From positions 1 to 56,807 of the forward strand of contig JAJYWE010000011.1 of NCBI GenBank assembly GCA_021791675.1: DNA of 56,807 bases. Direction: 5' to 3'. Each line of letters opens with the position of its first letter. The first letter of the stretch is position 1. Of this stretch, positions 38,709 through 46,759 are shown piece after piece. The notes beneath the pieces were generated by a model, which worked only from the letters and a program-made list of their open reading frames with translations, made no database searches and was not told the origin of the DNA. The position numbers were made by a program, and so were the translations under genes. The stretch comes from Actinomycetes bacterium (GTDB taxonomy: Bacteria > Actinomycetota > Acidimicrobiia > Acidimicrobiales > JAKAOS01).

Positions 38709-40396
38709 GCAGGCGGCTTCGCAAGATCTCCCCACCGTTCGTGGTGGCACCACCATCGGGCGTTCGCGTCCGCACCAGGCTTCGGATGAGCGACACCGAC
38801 GGCGAGGTGCTCGTGGCACTGGGAACCTACCTCGGCTCCCTTGCATCCAAGGACCTGGCCGAGCGTTGCCGCCAGGGCAGGCTCGATACCAAGGGGAAGG
38901 CCGACTCCCGTCGTGAGCGCAAGCGCTCGCTCACGGCTGCGAGCTCGTCCCGCTGGGCAGGGGCGATCACCCGGACCAGCGAGGACGCCTTCGAGCTCGC
39001 CATGCGCAACCTCGTCGCCGAGCGCCGGAGTCTCCAGGCCCGCATCATCCAGATTCGCCGTCGGCTCTCGGTCCCGGCTGGAGGACGCCGTGGGCGCGCC
39101 CGTGGCTATGCCACCCAGGCCGAGCGGTTCCAGAAGCAGCGTCGCTTGCAGGTGCTCGAACATCGCCTGGCCGAGGCCGAGGCCCGTTTCGACGCAGGGC
39201 GAGTGTCGATCTGCCGTGGCGGCAAAGCCCTGGCCAAAGCCCGCCGCCACCACCTGGACGCAGCTGAGCTGACCGTGGATACGTGGCGGGAGCGCTGGCG
39301 GGCGAAGCGGCTGTTCCTCACCGCGGACGGGGAGAAGGACCAGCGCCTCGGCAACCTCACGATCCGCTGGCACCCAGATGGGCACTGGGTGGAGATCGCC
39401 CTCCCACAGGGTCTCGCCCACCTCGCCAACCGGCCCCACGCCCGCTACCGGCTCTCCTGCCCGGTCGCCTTCTCCTATCGAGGGGACGAGGTGGCAGCCC
39501 AGGCCATGACCGGGGCGGTGCGCTACGACATCGCCTTCTTGCCCGAGAAGGGGCGCTGGTACCTCGATGCCTCATGGACGTACCCGGTCCAAGAGCCCCC
39601 CACCCTCGACCAGCTCCGGGAGCATGGGGTTCTGGCTGTGGACGTGAACGCGGATCACCTCGCAGCGATGGTGCTCGACCCCTCGGGGAACCCGGTCGGC
39701 CGACCGCTCAGGTTCCCGCTCTCGCTTGCTGGTCTTCCCGCTACCACCCGTGACGGACATCTGCGCCAGGCGATCTCGGATCTACTTGGTATCGCAACGG
39801 CCGACGGCTGTCGGGCCATCGTGATCGAGGACCTGGACTTCGCCGAGGCCAGAGAGGTAGGCCGAGAGCGTGCGGGGAACCGTCCTTCGCGTGGCAAGAG
39901 AGGGCGCGGCTTCCGTCGCCTGGTCGCCGGCATCCCGACGGCCACGTTCCGCCAACTGCTCGTCCAGATGGCAACCAACGCCGGGCTCGTCGTCATCGGG
40001 GTCGACCCGGCCTACACGAGTGAATGGGGCGCTGAGCACTGGCTTCGCTCCCTTCAGGAGATCTCCGTCGATGCCACGGGCCACCATGCGGCGGCCCTTG
40101 CCATCGGGAGACGCGGGCTCGGACAGCGAGCACGGCAACGGACGAGGTGTGACTCGACCCCAGCAGCGCATGGGGAAGAGAGAGCTACCCGCCCGGTCGT
40201 GCGGTCCAGGGGTGCCGGGCAACCGGCAGTCCTGTCCGAGCAGCGAATCAGGGAAACTGGGACCCGAGGGGCCAGAGGGCAGCCACACCTGCGGCAGAAG
40301 ACCCGAAGGGCTGAACGGCGTTTCCCGGTGGACCAGGTGGCCCAAGACCGTTCGGGGCCACCCGCAAGGTGGGACTTAGTTCCGCTGAGTGTCTAG
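38705..40396 (+). CDS. tnpB: TnpB-family RNA-guided RuvC protein, long atypical variant (563 aa)
   Basis: GTGA overlap with tnpA; RuvC-I LAVDVNADH, RuvC-II IVIEDLDF, VDPAYTS; no CxxC zinc finger; GHHAAALAI at the RuvC-III position. Confidence 0.88.
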   Translation: MSRRLRKISPPFVVAPPSGVRVRTRLRMSDTDGEVLVALGTYLGSLASKDLAERCRQGRLDTKGKADSRRERKRSLTAASSSRWAGAITRTSEDAFELAMRNLVAERRSLQARIIQIRRRLSVPAGGRRGRARGYATQAERFQKQRRLQVLEHRLAEAEARFDAGRVSICRGGKALAKARRHHLDAAELTVDTWRERWRAKRLFLTADGEKDQRLGNLTIRWHPDGHWVEIALPQGLAHLANRPHARYRLSCPVAFSYRGDEVAAQAMTGAVRYDIAFLPEKGRWYLDASWTYPVQEPPTLDQLREHGVLAVDVNADHLAAMVLDPSGNPVGRPLRFPLSLAGLPATTRDGHLRQAISDLLGIATADGCRAIVIEDLDFAEAREVGRERAGNRPSRGKRGRGFRRLVAGIPTATFRQLLVQMATNAGLVVIGVDPAYTSEWGAEHWLRSLQEISVDATGHHAAALAIGRRGLGQRARQRTRCDSTPAAHGEERATRPVVRSRGAGQPAVLSEQRIRETGTRGARGQPHLRQKTRRAERRFPVDQVAQDRSGPPARWDLVPLSV

Positions 40397-40402
40397 GAAC
40401 GG
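40145..40402 (+). ncRNA. Predicted omega-RNA (right-end RNA) scaffold overlapping the tnpB 3' end; guide would extend from 40403
   Basis: Stems AGGTGTG/CACACCT, CCCCA/TGGGG, TGCCGG-GCAA-CCGGCA, GGTGGCCC/GGGCCACC, ACTTAG/CTGAGT; loop CCGTTC is complementary to the terminal GAACGG. The 5' boundary is uncertain. Confidence 0.7.
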
Positions 40403-40735
40403 TCGGTACATGAGGACCTGGAACTGGCTGATGTTGGCGTAGCTCGAGTGCTGCGCGCTGATGAGGGGGAAGATGTAGTTGGGCGGCGTCGAGGGGCCCT
40501 CTGCGAAGGTGACCGTCCCGCCGGCAATCGGCGCGCCGGTGGCTGTCGAGGAGCCGGTCGTCGACGTCGCCGACGAGGAGGACTTCGCGGACGGGTGGGA
40601 GCTGCCGCAGGCCGCGAGCAGCAGCGCGGCGGCGGCGAGGCCGGCGGCGGCGCGACGTGCGCCGTGGCTCGGGCGGGAGCTCGGGGAGGGGCTCGGGCGG
40701 GAGCTCGGGGAGTCGGGGGAGGTGGTTGCGGTCAT
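40403..40735 (-). pseudogene. 5' part (111 codons) of the IS607-interrupted OppA-like lipoprotein gene
   Basis: Signal peptide with lipobox LAAC, GGTVTFAE, PNYIFP, FQVLMYR; ATGA-coupled to the upstream hydrolase. Confidence 0.92.
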
Positions 40736-41544
40736 GGAGCCGGGGCCTTTCGGTGCTGGTCGAGGAAACGGAGCAGTGCGGTGTTGAAGTCGTCGGGGTG
40801 CTCCCAGAGGCAGGCGTGACCGCCCCGGGTCGTCGCCCACTGGGCGTTCGGGACGAGGTCGAAGAGCTGCCTCGAGAGCGAGACGGGGATCAGGATGTCC
40901 TGCTCCCCGGCGAGGACGAGGGTGGGCACGGCGAGGGCGCCGATGCGTCCGGTGGTGTCGTGGGTCTGGATGGCGGAGAGCTGCGCCAGGTAGGCGTGCA
41001 CCGGTTGGTCGATCATCGACAGGGCGACGTCCATCTCCCCCGCCTCGTCGGGCCGCTCGGCGAAGAACGCAGGGGTGAAGGCCCAGAGGGCCACGTCGGC
41101 CATGACCACGGAGAGCCCCGTGAAGCGCGCGAGCTGCTCCCAGAGCGCGAACCTCCGCCCGCAGAACGGCCCCGGTGCGGCGTAGGTGCAGGCGAGGGTG
41201 ACGCTCGAGAGCCGCTCTGGGTGCGCGAGCGCGTACTCCTGGGCGATCATCCCACCCATGGACACACCCACGAGGTGGAAGCGCTCGACCCCGAGCGCGT
41301 CGACGAGGCCGTGGAGGTCCTCCGCGAGGAGGCCGGTCGTGTAGGGTCCCGCTGGTTTCGCGCTGTGGCCGACGCCCCGGTTGTCGTAGCGGAGGACCTC
41401 GTACCCCGCCTCGACCAGCGCCGGGACCTGGAGGTCGTAGGTCACGAGGTCGTCGGCGAGCCCGTTGACGAGCACGACGAGCTCGTCGCCCCCACCATCC
41501 CGCCGGTAGTTGATCTCGATCCCGTTCGTCGTCGTCGTGGTCAT
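40732..41544 (-). CDS. Alpha/beta hydrolase (3-oxoadipate enol-lactonase-like)
   Basis: YDNRGVGHS, GVSMGG nucleophile elbow, GEQDIL, GGHAC. Confidence 0.9.
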   Translation of the reverse strand: MTTTTTNGIEINYRRDGGGDELVVLVNGLADDLVTYDLQVPALVEAGYEVLRYDNRGVGHSAKPAGPYTTGLLAEDLHGLVDALGVERFHLVGVSMGGMIAQEYALAHPERLSSVTLACTYAAPGPFCGRRFALWEQLARFTGLSVVMADVALWAFTPAFFAERPDEAGEMDVALSMIDQPVHAYLAQLSAIQTHDTTGRIGALAVPTLVLAGEQDILIPVSLSRQLFDLVPNAQWATTRGGHACLWEHPDDFNTALLRFLDQHRKAPAP

Positions 41545-42341
41545 GCACTCGCCTCCCCAATCGGGCCCGGCCGTTCCCGGGCGTCGTTCGCCGTGCCCGA
41601 GAGCACCCGGTCGATCAGCTCGTCGTTCAGTGAGAAGTGCTCCTGCGCGAGCAGGGCCGCCCGCGCTGTGTCGCCTTCGGCGATCGCCTCTGCGAGCGCC
41701 GGGTGTTGGTGCTCGGCTCGCTGGCGCAGCTCCGCGCTGAACGGCTCGGTGCCGAGCCCGAAGGTGACCTCGGCACGGAGCTGGAGGCTGAGCTGCTGCC
41801 AGAAGGGGTTGTGCGTGGCGGCGGCGATCGCCTCGTGGAGTGCGGCGTCCGCCGCCCGTGACGCCGCACGGTCGGAGTCGGCGTCGACGTAGCGCTGCGC
41901 CGTGGCGAGGATCGCCTCGCGCTCGGACGGGGTGGCCCGCTCGGCGGCGAGGCGGGCGATCTCGGCCTCGGCGCTCGAGCGGAAGTCCAGCAGGCTGCGC
42001 AGCCGGTCCCAGTTGGGCAGGAGCGTCCGCCGGATGATCGCCGCGAACTCCGGGTCGCACTCGCCGGTCACGAACGTGCCCCCGTTGCGGCCGCGACGGA
42101 CCCGGACGTAGCCGGTCGCAGCGAGCTTCGCGATGGCCTCACGCACGCTCGTGCGGCTGACCCTGAGCGACGCGGCGAGCTCGCGTTCGGGGGGGAGGCG
42201 CTGGCCCCGTACGAACTGGCCGAGCGCGATGGCCGTGACGAGGCGCTCGGCGATCAGCTCGCCGGAGTTGCGGGCCTCGAGCGGCTCGAGGAGGCTCCCG
42301 GACCAGACGGCGAGCGACTCCAGCCGCTGCCCGGGGCTCAT
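41541..42341 (-). CDS. GntR/FadR family transcriptional regulator
   Basis: GQRLPPERELAASLRVSRTSVREA...RRGRNGGTFV; FCD motif DAALHEAIAAATHNP. Confidence 0.92.
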   Translation of the reverse strand: MSPGQRLESLAVWSGSLLEPLEARNSGELIAERLVTAIALGQFVRGQRLPPERELAASLRVSRTSVREAIAKLAATGYVRVRRGRNGGTFVTGECDPEFAAIIRRTLLPNWDRLRSLLDFRSSAEAEIARLAAERATPSEREAILATAQRYVDADSDRAASRAADAALHEAIAAATHNPFWQQLSLQLRAEVTFGLGTEPFSAELRQRAEHQHPALAEAIAEGDTARAALLAQEHFSLNDELIDRVLSGTANDARERPGPIGEASA

Positions 42342-43705
42342 CGCGACCCTCCGAGCCCGCCGCGGGGCTCCGCCCGCCCACCCCGCTGGGCCGACTCCCC
42401 GGGCTCCGCCCACCAACCGGGCTGTTCCCGCCACCCGGGTTGGCCGACCCCGGCCGCGAGCAGCCGGGCGAGGGTCTTCGCCCCCCGGACGATGCTCGAG
42501 AGCTCGACCGCCTCGTCGACCCCGTGGATGTCGCGCACCACGGGCCCGTAGCAGAGGGCGGAGACGCCGGGCTCGGTCAGGTAGAGCCGGGCATCGGTCG
42601 TCGAGCCGAGTCCGAAGCGACGCGGCTCCGTGCCGTGTGCCGAGCGGTGCGCGCCGGCGAGCGCGAGGGCGAGGGGGTCGTCGCCGGCCAACGCGTAGCC
42701 CTCGGCCCGGAACCCGCTCGGCCGCACCGAGAGCGAGAGCCCGTCGTCCACACCGACCTCGGCGCCGGCGAGCGCCTCCTCGACGGCCTCGAGCGCCTGC
42801 TCCGGCGTCCAGCCCCGTGGGAAGCCGACCCGCACCCCGAGGGTGGCCTCGGTCGCGACGCTCGAGCGCCACGCGCCCGCTCGAAGCGTGCCGACGTTCA
42901 CGTTGTAGGGGGAGGCGACCCCGTCGAGCGCGGGGTCGGGATGGTCCTTCCCGAGGCGGACGGAGAGCTCGTCCAGCGCCTGGACGAGGCGCGGCAGGGC
43001 CGCGAGCGGGGTCGCGAGCTCGGAGGCGTCGCTCGCGTGCCCGCCCCGCCCCGAGAGCTCGAGGTCCACCCAGAGCACGCCAACGCCGGCGAGGAGGAGC
43101 CCGAGGTCGGTCGGCTCGGGTAGGAGCACGGTGTCGGCGAGGATGCCCTGGCGGATGCTCGAGAGCGTCCCGTTGCCGGTGCACTCCTCCTCGATCACCC
43201 CGACGACGGTGAGGGCGCGCTCGCCGGCGAGTGCCGGAGCGGCCCGGGAGAGCGCTCCCACCGCGAGCGTCACCATCGCGAAACCAGCCTTCATGTCCCC
43301 AGCCCCGCGCCCGACCATCCAGCCGTCGACGACGGTGGGACGGAACGGCGGGCTCGACCACGGCCCGTCCTCCACCGGGACGACGTCGACGTGGCCGTTG
43401 ACGAGGAGCCCCTCGCCCTCGCCGCGCCGCGCGAGCAGGTTCCCCCGACCGTCGTAGGCGAGGAGAGGGATCCCTCCTCGGGGGTCGTCGACGACGCCGG
43501 GATCGACAGGGAGGCGAGAGACGTCGAAGCCGAGTCGCGCCAGCTCCTCGCCGAGGACGTCCTCGGCCGTGGCCTCGTTGCCGAGGGTGCTGTTGGCGGC
43601 GACGAGGCCCGCGAGGAACGCGATGGCCCGGTCCGCCCCGCGGTCGACCTCCTCGTCCAGGTCCGCCAGGAGTGCCGGTGGCAAGAGTTCCCTTTGGTCT
43701 GTCAT
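42338..43705 (-). CDS. ArgE/DapE family M20 deacylase
   Basis: NGHVDVVP, GRGAGDMKAG, IEEECTGNG, EPT, TTDAR, IHGVDE. Confidence 0.92.
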   Translation of the reverse strand: MTDQRELLPPALLADLDEEVDRGADRAIAFLAGLVAANSTLGNEATAEDVLGEELARLGFDVSRLPVDPGVVDDPRGGIPLLAYDGRGNLLARRGEGEGLLVNGHVDVVPVEDGPWSSPPFRPTVVDGWMVGRGAGDMKAGFAMVTLAVGALSRAAPALAGERALTVVGVIEEECTGNGTLSSIRQGILADTVLLPEPTDLGLLLAGVGVLWVDLELSGRGGHASDASELATPLAALPRLVQALDELSVRLGKDHPDPALDGVASPYNVNVGTLRAGAWRSSVATEATLGVRVGFPRGWTPEQALEAVEEALAGAEVGVDDGLSLSVRPSGFRAEGYALAGDDPLALALAGAHRSAHGTEPRRFGLGSTTDARLYLTEPGVSALCYGPVVRDIHGVDEAVELSSIVRGAKTLARLLAAGVGQPGWREQPGWWAEPGESAQRGGRAEPRGGLGGSR

Positions 43706-43782
43706 TTAGACCTTTCTAACACGCCCTCGCCCTCCGGTCAACGTCTGGCTCCCCGGGCGAGAGGTGCCCACCACCGACGCCG

Positions 43783-43826
43783 GCAGGGGCGGCGCAGGGG
43801 CGGCGCAGGGGCGGCGCAGGGGTGGC
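43783..43826. repeat. Tandem 11-bp repeat (GCAGGGGCGGC) x4 in the divergent argE/paiB intergenic region
   Basis: Four GGGG tracts spaced by CGGCGCA at 43786-43822. Confidence 0.85.
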
Positions 43827-43871
43827 GCCGACCGGTAAGACTGGAGCCGTGCGCGTGAGGAGGAGGGGCTG

Positions 43872-44684
43872 ATGTACCTCCCGAAGCACTTCCTGGCCGA
43901 GGAGGGGCCGACCCGCGCCCTCCTCGAGCGCATGGGTGCAGCGGACCTGGTGACGGTGACGGAGTCCGGGCCGCTCGCCACGTTCCTCCCATTGCTCTAC
44001 GACCCCGCTCCCGTCGAGGCTGGCGCCGCCGCGCCCGCGCCCACCCCTGCCGGCGCGCCCGCCCCTGTCAGCGCGCCCGTCCCTGCGGGCGCTCCCACCC
44101 CTGCGGGCGCGCTCAGCCCTGCCGGTTCCACTGCCCCGGGCGGTGCTCCCACCCCCGGCGGTGCCCCGGCTGCCGCCCCGGCATCGGTCGCCGAGCCCGC
44201 CCCGATCCAAGGCTCGCTCGTCGGCCACGTCGCCCGGGCCAATCCCCAGTGGTCCACGCCCGCGATCGGCGAGGCGATGGTGATCGTCCACGGGCCAGAC
44301 GCCTACGTCTCACCCTCGTGGTACCCGTCGAAGGCGGAGCACGGGCGGGTCGTGCCGACGTGGAACTACACCACGATCCACGTCTACGGCCGCCTGGTCG
44401 TCCACGACGACCCGACCTGGGTGGAGGCGCTGGTGCGCCGCCTCACCGCACGCCACGAGGCGAGCCGTCCCCGGCCGTGGTCGGTCGACGACGCGCCGGA
44501 GCCCTACGTCGCCGGTCAGGTCCGAGCGATCGTCGGGGTCGAGGTGGTGATCACCCGCGTCGAGGCCAAGGCCAAGTGGAGCCAGAACCGGCCAGCCGCG
44601 GACATCGCCGGTGTGGAGCAGGGTCTCGTCGATGCCGGACGCCTCGACGCGCTCGACGCGCTCCGCGTTGCCCGGGCTCCCTGA
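43872..44684 (+). CDS. PaiB family FMN-binding split-barrel protein with a Pro/Ala-rich insertion
   Basis: MYLPKHF, GHVARANPQW, GPDAYVSPSWY, VPTWNY, KWSQN; GGAGG RBS. Confidence 0.9.
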   Translation: MYLPKHFLAEEGPTRALLERMGAADLVTVTESGPLATFLPLLYDPAPVEAGAAAPAPTPAGAPAPVSAPVPAGAPTPAGALSPAGSTAPGGAPTPGGAPAAAPASVAEPAPIQGSLVGHVARANPQWSTPAIGEAMVIVHGPDAYVSPSWYPSKAEHGRVVPTWNYTTIHVYGRLVVHDDPTWVEALVRRLTARHEASRPRPWSVDDAPEPYVAGQVRAIVGVEVVITRVEAKAKWSQNRPAADIAGVEQGLVDAGRLDALDALRVARAP

Positions 44685-44739
44685 TACGAACCTTCCCCGC
44701 TCTCCACCTTTCGTGTAACGCTAATAGAGAGTGCAAAGA

Positions 44740-44769
44740 TTGACGTAATGCGGAGCGGTTGACTAGCTT
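44740..44769 (+). promoter_or_regulatory. Putative housekeeping-sigma promoter TTGACG-N18-TAGCTT
   Basis: Near-consensus hexamers in an AT-rich island upstream of the ctaG remnant and ctaA. Confidence 0.5.
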
Positions 44770-44835
44770 CGTACGAAAGGGACGGCGACCGGGCAGTCCC
44801 GCGGGAATCCGGCGGGGGAGGTGGGGAGGGCCTCG

Positions 44836-45060
44836 ATGGGCGAAGGGCAAGGGCGTGCACAGGACCCCGCACGGCACGGTGTGGGTGCCGTGCACATGGT
44901 CCAACACCTCCTGGTGGGGGTGGTCGAGGATCCTCCCCTGTCCCTACGGGGCCCCCTGTCCGCCTCGCAGGCATCGGTGCGGACCGCGCTGACCTTCTCG
45001 TCCGCGACGATCGGGCAGGGCGCGTCGCGCTCATCCTGCAGCGGATCGAGCCTCCGGTGA
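44836..45060 (+). pseudogene. Remnant of a Caa3_CtaG-type cytochrome oxidase assembly gene (74 aa)
   Basis: AVHMVQHLLVGVVEDPPL matches the family HMxQHLLLxxVxPPL motif; RBS present; stop is 7 nt before ctaA. Confidence 0.55.
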
Positions 45061-45067
45061 GGCCGAA

Positions 45068-46051
45068 GTGATGCGCTCTCGCCGGACCCTTCGTCGCCTG
45101 TCGATGGCCACGGTGGTCGTCACCTACCTCCTGGTGGTGCTCGGCGATACCGTGCGCGTCACGCACTCGGGGATGGGCTGTCGCAGCTGGCCGCTGTGCA
45201 ACGGGAACATCGGGCTGATCGGCACGTATCACGCCATGCTCGAGCAGTCGCATCGCTACCTGGCAGCGGTGGTCACGGCGCTGGTGATCCTCACGTTCCT
45301 CGTCGCCCGGCGCCAGGCCCGCGCCGACCGCACGGTTCGCGCTGCGAGCGTCGTCTCCCTCGTGACGATCGCCATCCAGGTCCCGTTGGGCGCGATCACC
45401 GTGTTCGCCCACAACGCCGGCTGGACCGTGGCGATGCACCTCGCGGGTGCTTGGCTCGTGGTCGCGGCCGTGACCACCACCATGATGGCCGTGCTGAAGG
45501 GCACCGGCTCGAGATCGCTACCGGCGGGTCGTGGCGTGGCGCGGGCGCTGGTCAGGCCGCTCGGCATCTCGATCGTGGCCGTGTTCCTGGTGGCGGTGGC
45601 CGGCATGCTCGTGCTCCATGACGGCGCCACGCTCTCGTGCCCATCCTGGCCCCTCTGCGCTGGCTCCATCGGATCGTTCGGCGTGCTGTTGCAGTACGCC
45701 CACCGTTTCATCGCACTGTCGGCAGGAGTGGCGCTGGTGTGGTTGACCGCGCGCACGTGGCGGCTGGAAGGAGCCACGGCACTCCAGCGCAATCTTGCGG
45801 CGGGGACGCTCGGCCTGCTGGTGGTCACAGCCGGGTTCGGGGCCGTCGTTGCCACCACCGGGGCGCCGGAGTACGCCCAGGACCTCCACCTGGCCCTTGC
45901 CAGTGGCGTCTGGTTGAGCCTTGTCGCGCTGGCGAGCGACGTCGCGCTGTCGCGATCGGCACCCGTGCCGGTCGCCGACGGGCGGCGTGATCCCCCGGTG
46001 TGCCAGGCTGGCGTGGCGGGCGAGCGGGAGCGTGTGCTCGGGGAGGCGTGA
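45068..46051 (+). CDS. ctaA: COX15/CtaA family heme A synthase
   Basis: VRVTHSGMGCRSWPLCNG, EQSHR, MHLAGA, CPSWPLC, YAHR, LHLA; about 8 TM. Confidence 0.88.
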   Translation: MMRSRRTLRRLSMATVVVTYLLVVLGDTVRVTHSGMGCRSWPLCNGNIGLIGTYHAMLEQSHRYLAAVVTALVILTFLVARRQARADRTVRAASVVSLVTIAIQVPLGAITVFAHNAGWTVAMHLAGAWLVVAAVTTTMMAVLKGTGSRSLPAGRGVARALVRPLGISIVAVFLVAVAGMLVLHDGATLSCPSWPLCAGSIGSFGVLLQYAHRFIALSAGVALVWLTARTWRLEGATALQRNLAAGTLGLLVVTAGFGAVVATTGAPEYAQDLHLALASGVWLSLVALASDVALSRSAPVPVADGRRDPPVCQAGVAGERERVLGEA

Positions 46052-46691
46052 TTCCCCCGTGTGCCACGCTGGCGTGAGGCAGCTGCAGGAGCGAACCAAC
46101 CCGTGATGGCGCGACCGGAGCAGGTGGACAGACATGGTCCTGTCCGGGGTGGCCTCCATCGGCCACTCTTCCGAGACGCCGGTCCGCCCCGCCTCGCGCT
46201 CCGGACGTGTGGTGCACCGTTCGTCGCGACAACCGCTCGAGGTTCCCGTGCCGACGACGCTGCCTTCGTGACGAGCCTCGACGTGTGAGCGGTCGACCGA
46301 GGATCCTCTCCGAGCCATGTCGCCCCACTCGTTCCGTCCCGCGATGCCCCGTGCCATCCCCCGCAGCTACCACACGATGCCGAGCGGGCGGTACCCGAGA
46401 GGCTCGAGCAGTGCCCAGCAGAGGAGGAGCACTCGGTCGACGAGGCCCGCGTGGCGCGCTCGGGACGGCCGTACGTCCAGCGCGGACGTCGGAGCTGTTC
46501 GCGACCCGGATCGTGCCGCCCGCGGCGACGCGCCTCGTCTCCGGCGAAGCCGACGTCCTCCAGCGGGATCTTCCTCGCCACTCCCGGGGCAGCGGGTCGC
46601 CGTCATGCAACGCGAAGGCGAGCGGTGGCGGGTCGGAGGGCGGGACCGTCCGGCGATGGGAGCCGGTCTACCGGTCGATCCCATGACGGAG

Positions 46692-46759
46692 CGGCGGTCG
46701 CGCAAGCACCCGCAACAACTCGGCGGTCGCGCGAGCACCCGCAACAACTCGGTGCTCGC
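46692..46759. repeat. 29-bp tandem duplication ending in a 9-bp inverted repeat
   Basis: CGGCGGTCGCGCRAGCACCCGCAACAACT x2, then CGGTGCTCGC, which pairs with GCGAGCACC. Confidence 0.85.

Larger units (their letters stand above)
37982..40402 (+). mobile_element. IS607-family insertion sequence (tnpA + tnpB), 2,421 bp
   Basis: GG at both junctions (37980-81 and 40401-02); no long IRs or longer duplication; removal restores ATG TAC CGA CCC CTC TAC TGG in frame on the minus strand. Confidence 0.95.

Noticed and set aside
37982-40402. IStron (group I intron-IS607 hybrid) that would splice out of the oppA mRNA
   Set aside because: The left end is only 67 bp before tnpA, leaving no room for a ribozyme core, and the element is antisense to the host gene.
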